A stretch of 63,996 nt of DNA, the filler included, from Vicugna vicugna (taxonomy: Eukaryota), in the NCBI GenBank assembly GCA_013265495.1. It is 80 parts of 77 records of this genome, joined end to end, with 100 filler letters (N's around TTAATTAATTAA, not from the genome) between each part and the next. Parts side by side here need not be neighbours in the genome. Positions count along the whole stretch, not along the records: positions 12,017 to 12,832 come from PNXW01008914.1; positions 12,933 to 13,358 come from PNXW01008915.1; positions 13,459 to 13,991 come from PNXW01008916.1; positions 14,092 to 14,753 come from PNXW01008921.1; positions 14,854 to 15,595 come from MU059354.1; positions 15,696 to 16,442 come from MU059355.1; positions 16,543 to 17,356 come from PNXW01008928.1; positions 17,457 to 17,983 come from PNXW01008929.1; 72 more parts are not named here. One strand, given 5' to 3'. Below, piece by piece: positions 12,731 to 25,877 of this stretch. Made by a program: the position numbers and the translations under genes. Under the pieces are notes generated by a model. That model made no database searches and was not told the origin of the DNA. It saw only the letters and a list, made by a program, of their open reading frames with translations. Position 1 is the first letter of the stretch, and each line of letters opens with the position of its first letter.

Positions 12731-13458
12731 GCAGTTGTTGAAGTCATAACTTGCAGTTTGTAACCGCTACCTTGCAGTTTGTAACCACTTACTGGGAGAA
12801 TCCTAAAAGGTGTTTAGAATTTCAGCCAGGAGNNNNNNNNNNNNNNNNNNNNNNNNNNNNNNNNNNNNNNNNNNNNTTAATTAATTAANNNNNNNNNNNN
12901 NNNNNNNNNNNNNNNNNNNNNNNNNNNNNNNNCCAACTTAATACATTTTGAACTTTCCTAATTCTTTGCCTTGAAGATATTTCATGTCCGGGAAGAGTGT
13001 GTACACAAAGAATTGTTACTGTGTTATTAAAGAGTTGAAGTAGGGAACATTTCCCATCTATGATAATATTAACAAGAAACATTCTATTCAAACCAGATTT
13101 TATTTAGAAATTGTTCATAATTATCTTGAGAAGAAAGATTTTCCTACACAGGCCAGTGTATGTGTTTTTTTGTTAGTTGTATTACAACTACATCAGTCAT
13201 TCACTGGTAAAGATTTTTAATGACTTTTTTCAAATTAGCCCTCACATATGACCTAGCAAATGATTTACTGGATGAACACATGACTACATTGAAAAATAGT
13301 GCCAAAAAAGTGGCACACACCAGATGACTCTGCAAATAATAAAATATAACAAACTCCCNNNNNNNNNNNNNNNNNNNNNNNNNNNNNNNNNNNNNNNNNN
13401 NNTTAATTAATTAANNNNNNNNNNNNNNNNNNNNNNNNNNNNNNNNNNNNNNNNNNNN

Positions 13459-13991
13459 AGGGCTCAGCAGCCTCAAGGGCCAGACTGAGATGGGCCTACA
13501 GCCGGGGCAGGTGGAATCCTTCCACCCTGGTCCCTCAGAGAACTTGCTCCACAAAGACAAACAAGGAGCTGGGTCTTGGCTCGGAGCAGGGACAAGGCTG
13601 CCCCTCGGTCTTCCCCAAGCCCACCCGCGGAGCGCGGCCAGGGTGGAGCGCTGGCCAGGGCGGAGCGCGACCAGGGTGGAGCGCGCACCCGCACAGAGCA
13701 GCGGAGCTACCGGCGGTGCAGGCAGAGGGAGAGCAGCCCCCCGTCTGTCGGACAGGAACACAGCCCCTGACTGAGGTGCTGGGAGGGGGCACGACCCGCC
13801 CTCCTGCCTGGCCAGTCTGTAAACTGCGGCAACCGGAGGGGCAGTGACCCGCCCGCCCACAGCAGAGGAGAGCTGCATCTGACCCCGTGTTAGGAGGAGG
13901 CGCGATCTGCTTGTCTACAGGTGCTGGGAGCAGCACAGAAGAGGGCGCCTATGAAAACAAGCTGAGCTTCCAAAACAGGACGAAGACAGAA
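13459..13991 (+). mobile_element. CpG-rich LINE-1 5' UTR copy with an internal 16-17-bp tandem repeat
   Basis: Collinear with 6425-6940 (cagcctcaagggc..gactgaga; ctcagagaacttg; aagctgagcttccaaaacagga); ggagcgc unit at 13629, 13645, 13662, 13678. Confidence 0.75.
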
Positions 13992-14091
13992 NNNNNNNNN
14001 NNNNNNNNNNNNNNNNNNNNNNNNNNNNNNNNNNNTTAATTAATTAANNNNNNNNNNNNNNNNNNNNNNNNNNNNNNNNNNNNNNNNNNNN

Positions 14092-14753
14092 ATACTTGGT
14101 TTTAGAGCACAACCCCCAAATTCGCTCACAACCTGGGCAAGGAAATTACTCAGGGAAGTTAACCTAATGGATCCAATCAGATCCCAGGTGCTGCTGTCAG
14201 CTGCAGGAGCCTCCCCACAATCAGGATACCAGAAAACTTCTTGTGTGTGCTGAAAGTGGGTAAACAAAGCACACGCATTTTTCAGGGGCACAGTAATTCC
14301 CAGGATGTGGGTTGTAGGTTAAACATCTCCACTTCCCATGGAGAGGCACACGCTGACACTTGGTTTTTGAGCCCAAATCCCACTTTCAACCACACTCTGG
14401 CCTAGGCAAACCATCAGGGAAGACAAGCAAAGGGATTCTATTAAAACCAAGACGCTGATGTCACTTGGAGGAACTACCCCACCCTCAGGATTCTGGAACC
14501 CAACCTTGTGTGGTGGGGATGTGTGGAGCCCCACTCCACGCAGATGAATGGGTGCTCAGACAGGTGTTTCCTTTTAGGGAGAATTCCTCTACGAACTTCC
14601 TCAGTCCATCGGGGGTACTCGCTGCTACTTGGCCTCCAAGCCCAAACCCCAGCTTTCCCAGATGGCCCGGACTAAGGAAACACTCCGGGAACACGAGCCA
14701 AGGGATTGTATTAGATCCCAGGCGCTGCTGTCAGTTGGAGGAGACTCCCCACA
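14092..14753. repeat. Diverged ~265-bp satellite with alternating monomer types (S265-div)
   Basis: Reverse complement matches 45975-46422; shares a core with S267. Confidence 0.9.
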
Positions 14754-15198
14754 NNNNNNNNNNNNNNNNNNNNNNNNNNNNNNNNNNNNNNNNNNNNTTA
14801 ATTAATTAANNNNNNNNNNNNNNNNNNNNNNNNNNNNNNNNNNNNNNNNNNNNCTCTAGCTGATTTTAAAGTATTATATTTCAGACTAGGGAAGAAATGG
14901 GGAATCCTTTATTTAAATCTTTACCTGCTTCTGATAAGTGACCTCAGCGTCCTTTCTTGTCCATCAGAGGACTTTAAATTAGCAACTTCTACTGTGTGCT
15001 ACCCAGGTAGGACGGGAGGCTTCTTTTTTGTCCCTCCGTTGTGGCCTTGGAGGTCATTTGCAGAGATGAGCACTCGAGCATGTAAGTGGTCAGTTCTCCA
15101 GGGGTGGGCAGGAGATTAACTTGGTAAACTAGACCAAATTAACTGTTTGAGTTATGCTAACTAAGTTCCTAAGGGTGGAGCTGTCTCTTTTATTTTAG

Positions 15199-15336
15199 AT
15201 CAGCACTGATGCTTGCTGTGTTTCATGACTCGCCGGACATGGTCAAGCTCCTTCTTCAGAAGCATGTTAATGCCAGTTCTGTCGATTTTCAAGGATGGTC
15301 TGCTGAAAGATATGCTTGTCGTAATGGTTTTAATCA
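15199..15336 (+). CDS. 138-nt internal exon encoding an ankyrin repeat, ANKRD26/POTE/ANKRD30-type family
   Basis: ttttag acceptor and gtaagt donor; open frame (R)SALMLAVFHDSPDMVKLLLQKHVNASSVDFQGWSAERYACRNGFN, similar to POTE [40 protein letters not shown]. Whether the gene is functional cannot be judged from one exon. Confidence 0.82.
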
Positions 15337-15695
15337 GTAAGTGTTTACGTTAAAATGTCAGTTATCTCTAAACTGAGGTTGAAAATGACCTAACTGTTAC
15401 TTGTTACGTGACAGGTGAGAGTTCCTAGTTGGGAGCAGGCAGTATGGGGATGGCAGTGAGACACTCCCCATCACCATCTGGAAACCAGCAAAAGGCCAGA
15501 CTAGTGAGATGGAGCAGTNNNNNNNNNNNNNNNNNNNNNNNNNNNTTTTCTCTCAGGGTTTGTAAGACCTTTATCCTTAGGGTCCTACTGGTCTCNNNNN
15601 NNNNNNNNNNNNNNNNNNNNNNNNNNNNNNNNNNNNNNNTTAATTAATTAANNNNNNNNNNNNNNNNNNNNNNNNNNNNNNNNNNNNNNNNNNNN

Positions 15696-16150
15696 TTTTT
15701 CTTGACTAGTTGTTCTGGCTCAGACTTCTAGAAGTGTAATTTAGGACTTGTGACAATGAGCTACTTTTTTTATTACAGGACCTGAGATAAACCTTTCTGT
15801 ATGTTTACATTGAACTTGATTTTATTCATGCGTATTACATTTATGCCTTTTATTATGTTTAGTTACATTCTATCTAAAGTGAATTTGTTAAGAATACTTT
15901 TATAGAAAACTTAAGATTAGATCTGTCAATAAATTTCCTACAGTTTTTGAGACTGTTATTTCTGAATTCTCTGTTTTTAAAGGTATGGTATACCATATAT
16001 TACTTTGCGTATGTTAAATAATATTTATGAATCAGGACTAAATCCCTCTTAACTATAGTTTATAATACTTATAATATGCAATAAATTCAGGTTGCTAACG
16101 TTTATTTAGAATGGAATATACACATACTGAATGAGAAATTTACATTGTAG
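15696..16150 (-). mobile_element. Old LINE-1 ORF2-derived fragment; first ~160 bp duplicated at 36335-36494
   Basis: Continues the degraded antisense L1 at 35990-36494 and is near-identical to it where they overlap. Confidence 0.55.
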
Positions 16151-16542
16151 CTTGAGTGTAGATTTATTTATTCAAAAATTTTGTCTCTCATTTTGAATTT
16201 GGTTTATGTTTAATGGATTTTATTTCTTATTTAAGAATATAAATTTTGGTTGAACTTGGTTTACTACAGTTTACTGATAAAGAACATAGCTATTATTTAC
16301 AATTAGTGAACAAAACACTTGCCTTAAAGTGCCGTATTTTACTAACAATGACAACTGTTTTAGGACTGAGAAACATATTGCTTCCTAAAATGCATTGCCT
16401 GGTCTTTTCCACCCCAACCCACGTATTCTCTAATTTCTTTGTNNNNNNNNNNNNNNNNNNNNNNNNNNNNNNNNNNNNNNNNNNNNTTAATTAATTAANN
16501 NNNNNNNNNNNNNNNNNNNNNNNNNNNNNNNNNNNNNNNNNN

Positions 16543-17356
16543 TTCTAATAGAATCCCTTAGCATGTCTTCCCTGATGGCATGCCTAGTCTGGAGAGAGTT
16601 GGAAAGAGGGGGTTGGTCTCTAAACCAAGTATTAGCGAGAGCCTATCCATGGGATTTGGGTTTTTCACCTACAACCCACAACCATGGAATAAATGTGCCC
16701 CCTGAAAGATGCTTTGACTGTTTCCCTACATCCAGCACACACGCGATGAAGTGTTCTGGTATTCTGAGTGTGGGGAGGTTCCTCAAACTGACAGCAGCAC
16801 CTGGGTTCTATTAGTATCCCTTAGCTTCTGTTCCCTGAGTGTTCCTTTAGGCCAGGCCATGAGGGAAAGCTGGAGGTTGGGCTTGGAGTCCAAGTAACAG
16901 TCAGTGCCCCCTTATCCACTTAGGAAATACTTAGAGGACTTCTCCCTAAACGGAACACCTTTTCCTCCATTCATCTGGGTGCAGTGGGGCTGCACATCTC
17001 TCCCACACTTAGAATTTGTTCTGGAATTCTGAGTGCAGGGAAGTTCCTCCAACTGACAGCAGCGCCTGGGTTCTAATTGAATCCCTTTGCTTGTCTTCCC
17101 TGATGGAAAGCCAAGGCGGGAGTGCGGTTGAAAGTGTGGTTTGGGCTCCGAAACCAAGTATTTGCGATGACCTCTCTATGGTTTGTGGACGTGTTTAAAC
17201 TACATCCCTAACCTGGGAACACCTGTGCCCCCATAAAGATCCGTGGAGTCTGTTTCCACACCTCCAGCTCACACACGGACACTTGCACAGTTATCCTGAG
17301 ATTGGGCAGCTTCCTCCAACTGAGAGCAGGGCCTTGGTCCTTATAAAATCGCTTAA
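16543..17356. repeat. S265-div satellite, 3 diverged monomers
   Basis: Anchor ttcta(a/t)tagaatccct at 16543, 16806, 17071 and about 17338 (spacings 263, 265, about 267). Confidence 0.92.
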
Positions 17357-17456
17357 NNNNNNNNNNNNNNNNNNNNNNNNNNNNNNNNNNNNNNNNNNNN
17401 TTAATTAATTAANNNNNNNNNNNNNNNNNNNNNNNNNNNNNNNNNNNNNNNNNNNN

Positions 17457-17983
17457 TGTTCTACATTCTATATTCTAAATATTATATTCAGTATTCTGTA
17501 TATTATATTCCACATTCTGTATTCTGCACTCCATGTTCTAAATTCTGTGTTCTACATTCTATATTCTAAATACTATATTCAGTATTCTATATATTATATT
17601 CCATATTCTGTATTCTGCACTTCATGTTCTAAATTCTGTGTTCTACATTCGATAAACTTTATACAATTTTCTGCATTCCGTATTCTACATTCCTTATTCT
17701 ATGTTCTACATTCTATATTCTAAATTCGATATTCAGTATTCTGTATTTTATATTCTAAATTCTGGGTTCTACATTCCGGGTTCTTAATTTTGAGTTCTAT
17801 ATTCTCTATTCTCTATTCTATATTTTGTGTTCATCCTTCTATATTCTATATTCTGCATTCCGTGGTCTATATACTATATAATGTGTTCTACATTGTATAT
17901 TCTAAATTCTATATTATTCTATATTCTTTGTGTTCGGAATTCCATGTTCTCAATTATGTGTTTTGTATTCTGTTTTCAATATT
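17457..17983. repeat. Heptamer satellite with a local 91-bp (13x7) period
   Basis: tgttctacattc at 17457, 17548 and 17639, with near-identical intervening blocks. Confidence 0.93.
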
Positions 17984-18083
17984 NNNNNNNNNNNNNNNNN
18001 NNNNNNNNNNNNNNNNNNNNNNNNNNNTTAATTAATTAANNNNNNNNNNNNNNNNNNNNNNNNNNNNNNNNNNNNNNNNNNNN

Positions 18084-19513
18084 AAGATCAGTACAAGCTC
18101 TCAACTCAGGAATGCATGTTTGTCGAATCCGTCATTCATGCAGCATGTACTGAGCAAGGAATCTCATGTTGATGGAAGCTATTTAAATTATATATCTCTA
18201 GGNNNNNNNNNNNNNNNNNNNNNNNNNNNNNNNNNNNNNNNNNNNNTTAATTAATTAANNNNNNNNNNNNNNNNNNNNNNNNNNNNNNNNNNNNNNNNNN
18301 NNTATCATTTAGATGGAATCTATCCAAATTATATATCACTAGGGAATTATTCGCTCCAACAGGTTTTTCTGGGATCAAAGTGTGATTCTTGAAACTGGTG
18401 ATAGGCAGAAGCTACGGAGTCAAAATACATATTTCATAGTGCATAGGTAACTTGTTTGGTGGTTGAAACATCAGTCATGCGCATGTTCACAACTCAGAAA
18501 TTCAAGTGTGAGGAATCCGTGATGCATGAAACATGTTCGTAATACGGAATGCCATGGTTATGTAAACAATGTNNNNNNNNNNNNNNNNNNNNNNNNNNNN
18601 NNNNNNNNNNNNNNNNNNNNNNNNNNNNNNNNNNNNNNNNNNNNNNNNNNNNNNNNNNNNNNNNNNNNNNNNNNNNNNNNNNNNNNNNNNNNNNNNNNNN
18701 NNNNNNNNNNNNNNNNNNNNNNNNNNNNNNNNNNNNNNNNNNNNNNNNNNNNNNNNNNNNNNNNNNNNNNNNNNNNNNNNNNNNNNNNNNNNNNNNNNNN
18801 NNNNNNNNNNNNNNNNNNNNNNNNNNNNNNNNNNNNNNNNNNNNNNNNNNNNNNNNNNNNNNNNNNNNNNNNNNNNNNNNNNNNNNNNNNNNNNNNNNNN
18901 NNNNNNNNNNNNNNNNNNNNNNNNNNNNNNNNNNNNNNNNNNNNNNNNNNNNNNNNNNNNNNNNNNNNNNNNNNNNNNNNNNNNNNNNNNNNNNNNNNNN
19001 NNNNNNNNNNNNNNNNNNNNNNNNNNNNNNNNNNNNNNNNNNNNNNNNNNNNNNNNNNNNNNNNNNNNNNNNNNNNNNNNNNNNNNNNNNNNNNNNNNNN
19101 NNNNNNNNNNNNNNNNNNNNNNNNNNNNNNNNNNNNNNNNNNNNNNNNNNNNNNNNNNNNNNNNNNNNNNNNNNNNNNNNNNNNNNNNNNNNNNNNNNNN
19201 NNNNNNNNNNNNNNNNNNNNNNNNNNNNNNNNNNNNNNNNNNNNNNNNNNNNNNNNNNNNNNNNNNNNNNNNTGCATGAAACATGCTCGTAATACGGAAT
19301 TCCATGGTTATGTAAACAATTTAAATTACATGTGTATTGGTGAGAATTTGCTCAAAGAGCGTTTTCTGGTGCCAAATGTCCGATTTTAGAACCTGGTGAT
19401 AGGAAAAACCTATGAAGTCCGAGTAAATATTTGTAAGTCTATATAAGCCTTGTTCCGAGTGTGAAAGTTGTGTAATCCACATGCTCACAAGTCAGAAATG
19501 CATGATTGCCGAA
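18084..19513. repeat. S247-HOR satellite (two scaffolds: 18084-18202 and 18303-19513)
   Basis: Matches 4590-5335 (tgcatgaaacatgttcgtaatacggaatgccatggttatgtaaacaat). Confidence 0.9.
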
Positions 19514-20116
19514 NNNNNNNNNNNNNNNNNNNNNNNNNNNNNNNNNNNNNNNNNNNNTTAATTAATTAANNNNNNNNNNNNNNNNNNNNNNNNNNNNNNN
19601 NNNNNNNNNNNNNTCAGAGGCTCCCTGGTGGAATTCTAGCCCCACCCCAGACCCTGCTTGCCCAGCCTCAACTCAGTACCCAGGTCCCCAGTGACCAAAG
19701 GGGCCCCCTGACCTGCTCCTAATTCCCACTTGCCTCCAGGCTCATTTTGACTGTTTCCCAAGGAAGTCTTCCCTCCCTCCAACCTCCCAAATTTTTTCCT
19801 CTGTTCCTAGAACATTCTAGGGTAATTCAACTTCTGACAATGCTAAGCTCACAAGAACCAAATACATTTTGCTTACTAATGTGGCTGAAACTTTTCTCCA
19901 CCCTTGACACAGTGCGCGTGTTATGAATAAATGAATGATGGGATGGGTCACAAAGGGACAGACATACCTGATCTCTCTCGTCCCGACCCTTCTGTCTGTA
20001 GAATATCAGAAGCAAANNNNNNNNNNNNNNNNNNNNNNNNNNNNNNNNNNNNNNNNNNNNTTAATTAATTAANNNNNNNNNNNNNNNNNNNNNNNNNNNN
20101 NNNNNNNNNNNNNNNN

Positions 20117-21047
20117 AAAAAAATCAAACTCTTTTCTAAAATAGTAAACAAAATTGACAAATCTCTGGACAGATACATCAACAAGAATAGAGAGGGAACA
20201 CAAATAACATAAGAAATGACAATGGAGAAACTACAAAGAGTACAACAAATTTGCAAAATATCATAAGGGAATACCATGAGCAACTCTATGGAAACATACT
20301 GGATAACCAGGAAGAAATGCAGAAGTTTCTGGAAACATTCAGCCAACCATATTTGCATTAAGAAGAAATTGACCATTTGAACAGACAGATCACCAGAAAT
20401 GGAATAGAATTATCAATAAAATAAAAAATCTCTGCAAACAAAAATTCAGACCCAAATTGCTTCACTGGGGAATTTGACCAAACATAGAAAGAAAAATCCA
20501 TACCACTCTTCCTCAAGCTTTTCCAAAAGATTGATATGGAGAGAGTACTCCCAAACTCACATCATAAAGCCAACATCAACCTGATACCAAAACCAGACAA
20601 AGACACTATTCCAAAAGAAAACTATAGGCCAATATCATTGATAAACATAGATGTAAAAGTCTTTAAGGAAGTATTAACAAACAGAATCCAACAACATGAA
20701 AAAAAAGATTATACACCATGGTCAATTTAGGTTCAACCCAGGAACGCAAAGATGGTTGAACATATACAAATCAATCAATCCATTGTGATACACCATATCA
20801 ACAACAGAGAGGACAAAAAAAACCACATGATCATCTCAGTAGATAAAGAAAAAGCGTTTGATAAAATTTAACACCTATTTGCAATAAAAGTTCTTATCAC
20901 AGTGTGCATAGAGGGACCATATCTCAACATAATGAAAGCTATTTATGACAAACATATACCAGCAAATTACTCAATAGTGAAAAACTGAAACCCTTCCCAC
21001 AGAAAGCTGAGACAAGACAAGTTTGCCAATTCTCACAATTTCAATTC
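20117..21047 (+). mobile_element. LINE-1 ORF2 (reverse transcriptase region), degraded
   Basis: [37 protein letters not shown], then HMIISVDKEKAFDKI; stops and frameshifts. Confidence 0.95.
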
Positions 21048-22649
21048 NNNNNNNNNNNNNNNNNNNNNNNNNNNNNNNNNNNNNNNNNNNNTTAATTAAT
21101 TAANNNNNNNNNNNNNNNNNNNNNNNNNNNNNNNNNNNNNNNNNNNNCAAAGCACACCTCAATGTGATTGGTACTTTGTACTTAGCCTTCTGGCCCAGGA
21201 GGGGATGTTCACCATCATTTTTTGGAGGAGGTTGGGGATGTAAAGTAAGAGAGTTAAATCAAGTAAAGTAAAATTGATAACTATCAGTTGGCTTTATTTT
21301 CACTAACATAAAAGTTACTTTAAACCCTATCTCAGCTGTTGTTCTGTTGTTTTAAACATTTCTCATAGAATTAAATGGAAGCTCACTAAACCCTGAAAGG
21401 AAAATTGTGTGCTCAGGTCTTGAAAATTGTTTATGTCTATTTCTTGAAATGCAAATTTTCCCTGCTGGTTACAGAAAGTCGAGGCGGGAACACAGCAGTG
21501 CACTGTGAGTGTCTGCCAGATTCTCGGGCTGCTCGCTGTCATTTTCATTTTCTTGTGTTGCAGTTTATGACGGTTTTCCATGAGATATATTGCTCAGCCT
21601 TTTCCTGAATGAAGGATTGAATTTTCCACAGGAAATCTTATGAAAGAGAGTGACAAGGCACATGGGTTTCCCAAAAAGGAATAGTTGATGTAATAAACTC
21701 NNNNNNNNNNNNNNNNNNNNNNNNNNNNNNNNNNNNNNNNNNNNNNNNNNNNNNNNNNNNNNNNNNNNNNNNNNNNNNNNNNNNNNNNNNNNNNNNNNNN
21801 NNNNNNNNNNNNNNNNNNNNNNNNNNNNNNNNNNNNNNNNNNNNNNNNNNNNNNNNNNNNNNNNNNNNNNNNNNNNNNNNNNNNNNNNNNNNNNNNNNNN
21901 NNNNNNNNNNNNNNNNNNNNNNNNNNNNNNNNNNNNNNNNNNNNNNNNNNNNNNNNNNNNNNNNNNNNNNNNNNNNNNNNNNNNNNNNNNNNNNNNNNNN
22001 NNNNNNNNNNNNNNNNNNNNNNNNNNNNNNNNNNNNNNNNNNNNNNNNNNNNNNNNNNNNNNNNNNNNNNNNNNNNNNNNNNNNNNNNNNNNNNNNNNNN
22101 NNNNNNNNNNNNNNNNNNNNNNNNNNNNNNNNNNNNNNNNNGATTTCTGTAGACTACTTGGATATTAAGGATTTTGTGTGGGGTAAGTTTGGTCAGTTCC
22201 AAGGATTTCAATTAATAAGTATTAATACTTGCTATTCTGCTAATGACAGTAAAATTATAAAATAAACTAACNNNNNNNNNNNNNNNNNNNNNNNNNNNNN
22301 NNNNNNNNNNNNNNNTTAATTAATTAANNNNNNNNNNNNNNNNNNNNNNNNNNNNNNNNNNNNNNNNNNNNTAGCCTGTGTCGAAAATGAGAATAAAAGA
22401 CATGAAGCAAGATTGCCTCAAAAGTCATCCATTGTGTAGTTGTTAATAAGGGTCAAATGCAAACTTGAATAGATGAAATGAATCATTCATCAGAGGATTT
22501 TAAAACCCTTTAAAATAAAAATTCTTACTCCCTTTGTTCTTCATTTCAGGGTTCACTTGGTGATAATAATAGTAACCAAAGCAACAGCAAACCCTTACAG
22601 AACTCTGTCCTGCTGTTCCAGGAACGCTGTGTTCACGACAATCCAATGA

Positions 22650-22890
22650 GTAGGCACCACTATGAGTTCCACTTTAAAGGTAAGGACATTCATTATTCAC
22701 ACGGCTAATAAATGGCAGAGCTGGGACTTGAACCCAAGCTATCAAGCCCCAGAGCGCCCTCTCAGCCCCTTCACTGGAGCTCATCACTTGGCATGCCCGA
22801 CACAGGCCAGCATTTAAGAGCAGCGTGACCTTGGCCAAGGCTGCTTCAATGCTTGGTCTCTGTTTCCTCATCTGTTGAATGGGGGTGTGG
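22650..22890. mobile_element. MIR SINE remnants
   Basis: aaatggcagagctgggacttgaacccaag and gtgaccttggccaag...ctctgtttcctcatctgt are MIR core motifs. Confidence 0.6.
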
Positions 22891-23932
22891 GCAGTGAACT
22901 CTGTGAGCTCGGTGGTCACTTCCTCTAGCTCTGCTATTATTCTGCTTTGAGTTAGTTCGGTAAGTATCCGANNNNNNNNNNNNNNNNNNNNNNNNNNNNN
23001 NNNNNNNNNNNNNNNTTAATTAATTAANNNNNNNNNNNNNNNNNNNNNNNNNNNNNNNNNNNNNNNNNNNNGCCATTTAACGCAACCAAGTCTGCACCCC
23101 CAAGATATAGTGCCCCGGGGGCTTGAGTTAAGTGAAAGTCGATCCACATAAGCTGTGTCTTTAATGTCATTGGCGACTTTTACAGTACAGTTCACTTTCT
23201 GACTTGTACTATTTACCTATACTGTCTTGAAAAACTGAGGCCTAATACAGATTCAAGTTCAGTCAAAGATTCCCCTCACTTACCACNNNNNNNNNNNNNN
23301 NNNNNNNNNNNNNNNNNNNNNNNNNNNNNNNNNNNNNNNNNNNNNNNNNNNNNNNNNNNNNNNNNNNNNNNNNNNNNNNNNNNNNNNNNNNNNNNNNNNN
23401 NNNNNNNNNNNNNNNNNNNNNNNNNNNNNNNNNNNNNNNNNNNNNNNNNNNNNNNNNNNNNNNNNNNNNNNNNNNNNNNNNNNNNNNNNNNNNNNNNNNN
23501 NNNNNNNNNNNNNNNNNNNNNNNNNNNNNNNNNNNNNNNNNNNNNNNNNNNNNNNNNNNNNNNNNNNNNNNNNNNNNNNNNNNNNNNNNNNNNNNNNNNN
23601 GGCTTGGTGAATTTTGGTCTGAATGGCTTGGGAAGGCCCCTTGGGACGTGTGGATTCTCACGACCTCTTCCAAGAACAGGAGCGTTTTGATCATCTCTGC
23701 CATCTCTTCTCTTGCAGACGTCAGGGACCTTGGACCCGTTCTTGGAGAAGAGAATTGAGAAACTTCCCCAAGTCCACATTGGCACTACGTATATTTCTGC
23801 CAGTATCAGCGAGGTTCAATATGTCTCATGAANNNNNNNNNNNNNNNNNNNNNNNNNNNNNNNNNNNNNNNNNNNNTTAATTAATTAANNNNNNNNNNNN
23901 NNNNNNNNNNNNNNNNNNNNNNNNNNNNNNNN

Positions 23933-24376
23933 AATCAGCAGTTCCACTGGTTAGGTCAATACCTCCAAATACCCAGAGGTCCTGATGATCACCCAGAATA
24001 ACACATCTGTCTGGAAAGGAAGGCATTCAAAAGAATGACAACTTAGAATGTATTATAAAGAGCAGTAATTTATGTTTTTAAATTAAACTTCCTCCTGCTT
24101 GAGTTTCCTCCATAGAAAACCATCAAGGTAGTATCTCCTTTTAAAATTTATCTTTTTTTCCCCACATTTAATTATATCACATCAACCAGGAAAAAATATT
24201 AAGAGTTGATTAAGATTTACCTTCTCTTACTCCTGTAAACTTTGTAAAAACAAAATGTTTTAAGACATTTTAAAAAATTCACCAACTCACCAAGTTTCCC
24301 AGATCCTCAGGTAGTTCTGATTACATCGTAAATGCTTGTGATTTTCTTGATGTTATGAACATGCATTTTAACCTTC
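23933..24376 (-). pseudogene. NAALAD2: Unprocessed NAALAD2-like (M28 glutamate carboxypeptidase) pseudogene fragment, two exons: 24376-24291 and 24010-23933 (truncated at contig edge)
   Basis: 86-nt exon KVKMHVHNIKKITSIYDVIRTT*GSGKL, a 280-nt GT-AG intron, then [26 protein letters not shown]; compare NAALAD2 [51 protein letters not shown]. In-frame TGA at 24309-24307. Confidence 0.85.
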
Positions 24377-24922
24377 CTAGAATTTCACAAAGGGAACAAA
24401 TTACTTCACATAGAGAACAAATTACTTCACATAGAGCATTATGTCTAACAGGTTCCTTCCAATGTTTTATTATAAGTCTCAGAAGTACAGAAAACTGTTT
24501 AATAGGATGATAAATTCCCATATGCCCACCACCTAAATTCAATCATTGTTAATACTGTTGAACTATTTGCAAGCGAGTTGCGCAAATCATGACAGTTCTC
24601 TCCTATGTATTTAAGAATGCACCTTACGGTGAAATAAAAAAAAAATCAGTACTTTATATTTTTCCTCCCGCATAGCTCTATTGTTGGTATTTATTTAAAC
24701 TCCAAAATTATTATTCAACATGAAAAAGAATATTGTTCTTAGCAATTTTTTTTTAAAAATGTGTATTTGTCCATTTAGAACTCAAATCAATTAAGAGATA
24801 TAAGCCCCAGGTGCTTTTTTTGNNNNNNNNNNNNNNNNNNNNNNNNNNNNNNNNNNNNNNNNNNNNTTAATTAATTAANNNNNNNNNNNNNNNNNNNNNN
24901 NNNNNNNNNNNNNNNNNNNNNN

Positions 24923-25777
24923 AATTAATTGAAAGTCAGAAGATGGAAAATATATTGCATGCAACTGCACATGACAAGAAAGCAGGATTAGCAGTACTGA
25001 CTTCACACAAAATAGACTTTACAAGAAAGGTCATAGAGAAAGATAAACAAGGACATGAAATAATGATTAAAGGAGCAATAAAAAATGAGGGTATTAAACT
25101 CATTAATATATATGTACTCAATATACGAGCACCTAAATACATATAGCAAATACTAATAGATGAAAAGGGAGAAATGGATGGGAACACAATCACATTTGGA
25201 GACTATATCTCCCCTTTACCATCACTAGACTGGTGTTTCAGACAGAAAATTATTAAGGGAAGAAAGATACAAAAAGATACGATAAAATAATTAGAGTTGG
25301 TGATATTTTCAAAACAGTACTCTTCCCCAAAACAGAATATACATTCTTTTCCAGTTCACCTGGAATATTTTCTAGAAAAGATTATGTCCTCAGGCACAGA
25401 AGAAGCCTCAACAAATTTAAGAAAATAAAACTAATTTGAAGCATCTTTTCTGAGTATAATACTATGAAAATAGTAATCCTTCACAGAAAAACATTGTGAA
25501 AAAATGACAGCATGAAAATTAAACACCATGGTACTATAACAAGTAGGGGAGGTGAAGATGTAAAAGAATAAATTAAAAAATATCTTCAGAAATATGTCAA
25601 AATACTACACAAAATCTATATGAATACATTCAGGCTTAAGAGGTAAGTTTATTGTGACAACAATCCTCAAAGTAGAAGACCAATTTCAAATAACTAATCA
25701 AAGGTTCTATGTACACTATTCATGAAAAGAATAGCAAACAAAACCAAAACTCAGCAGAAAGAGAGAAATAAGAATGA
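24923..25777 (+). mobile_element. LINE-1 ORF2 endonuclease region, degraded
   Basis: KKAGLAVLTSHKIDF...DKQGHEIMIKGAI...INIYVLNIRAPKYI matches the L1 EN domain. Confidence 0.92.
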
Positions 25778-25877
25778 NNNNNNNNNNNNNNNNNNNNNNN
25801 NNNNNNNNNNNNNNNNNNNNNTTAATTAATTAANNNNNNNNNNNNNNNNNNNNNNNNNNNNNNNNNNNNNNNNNNNN

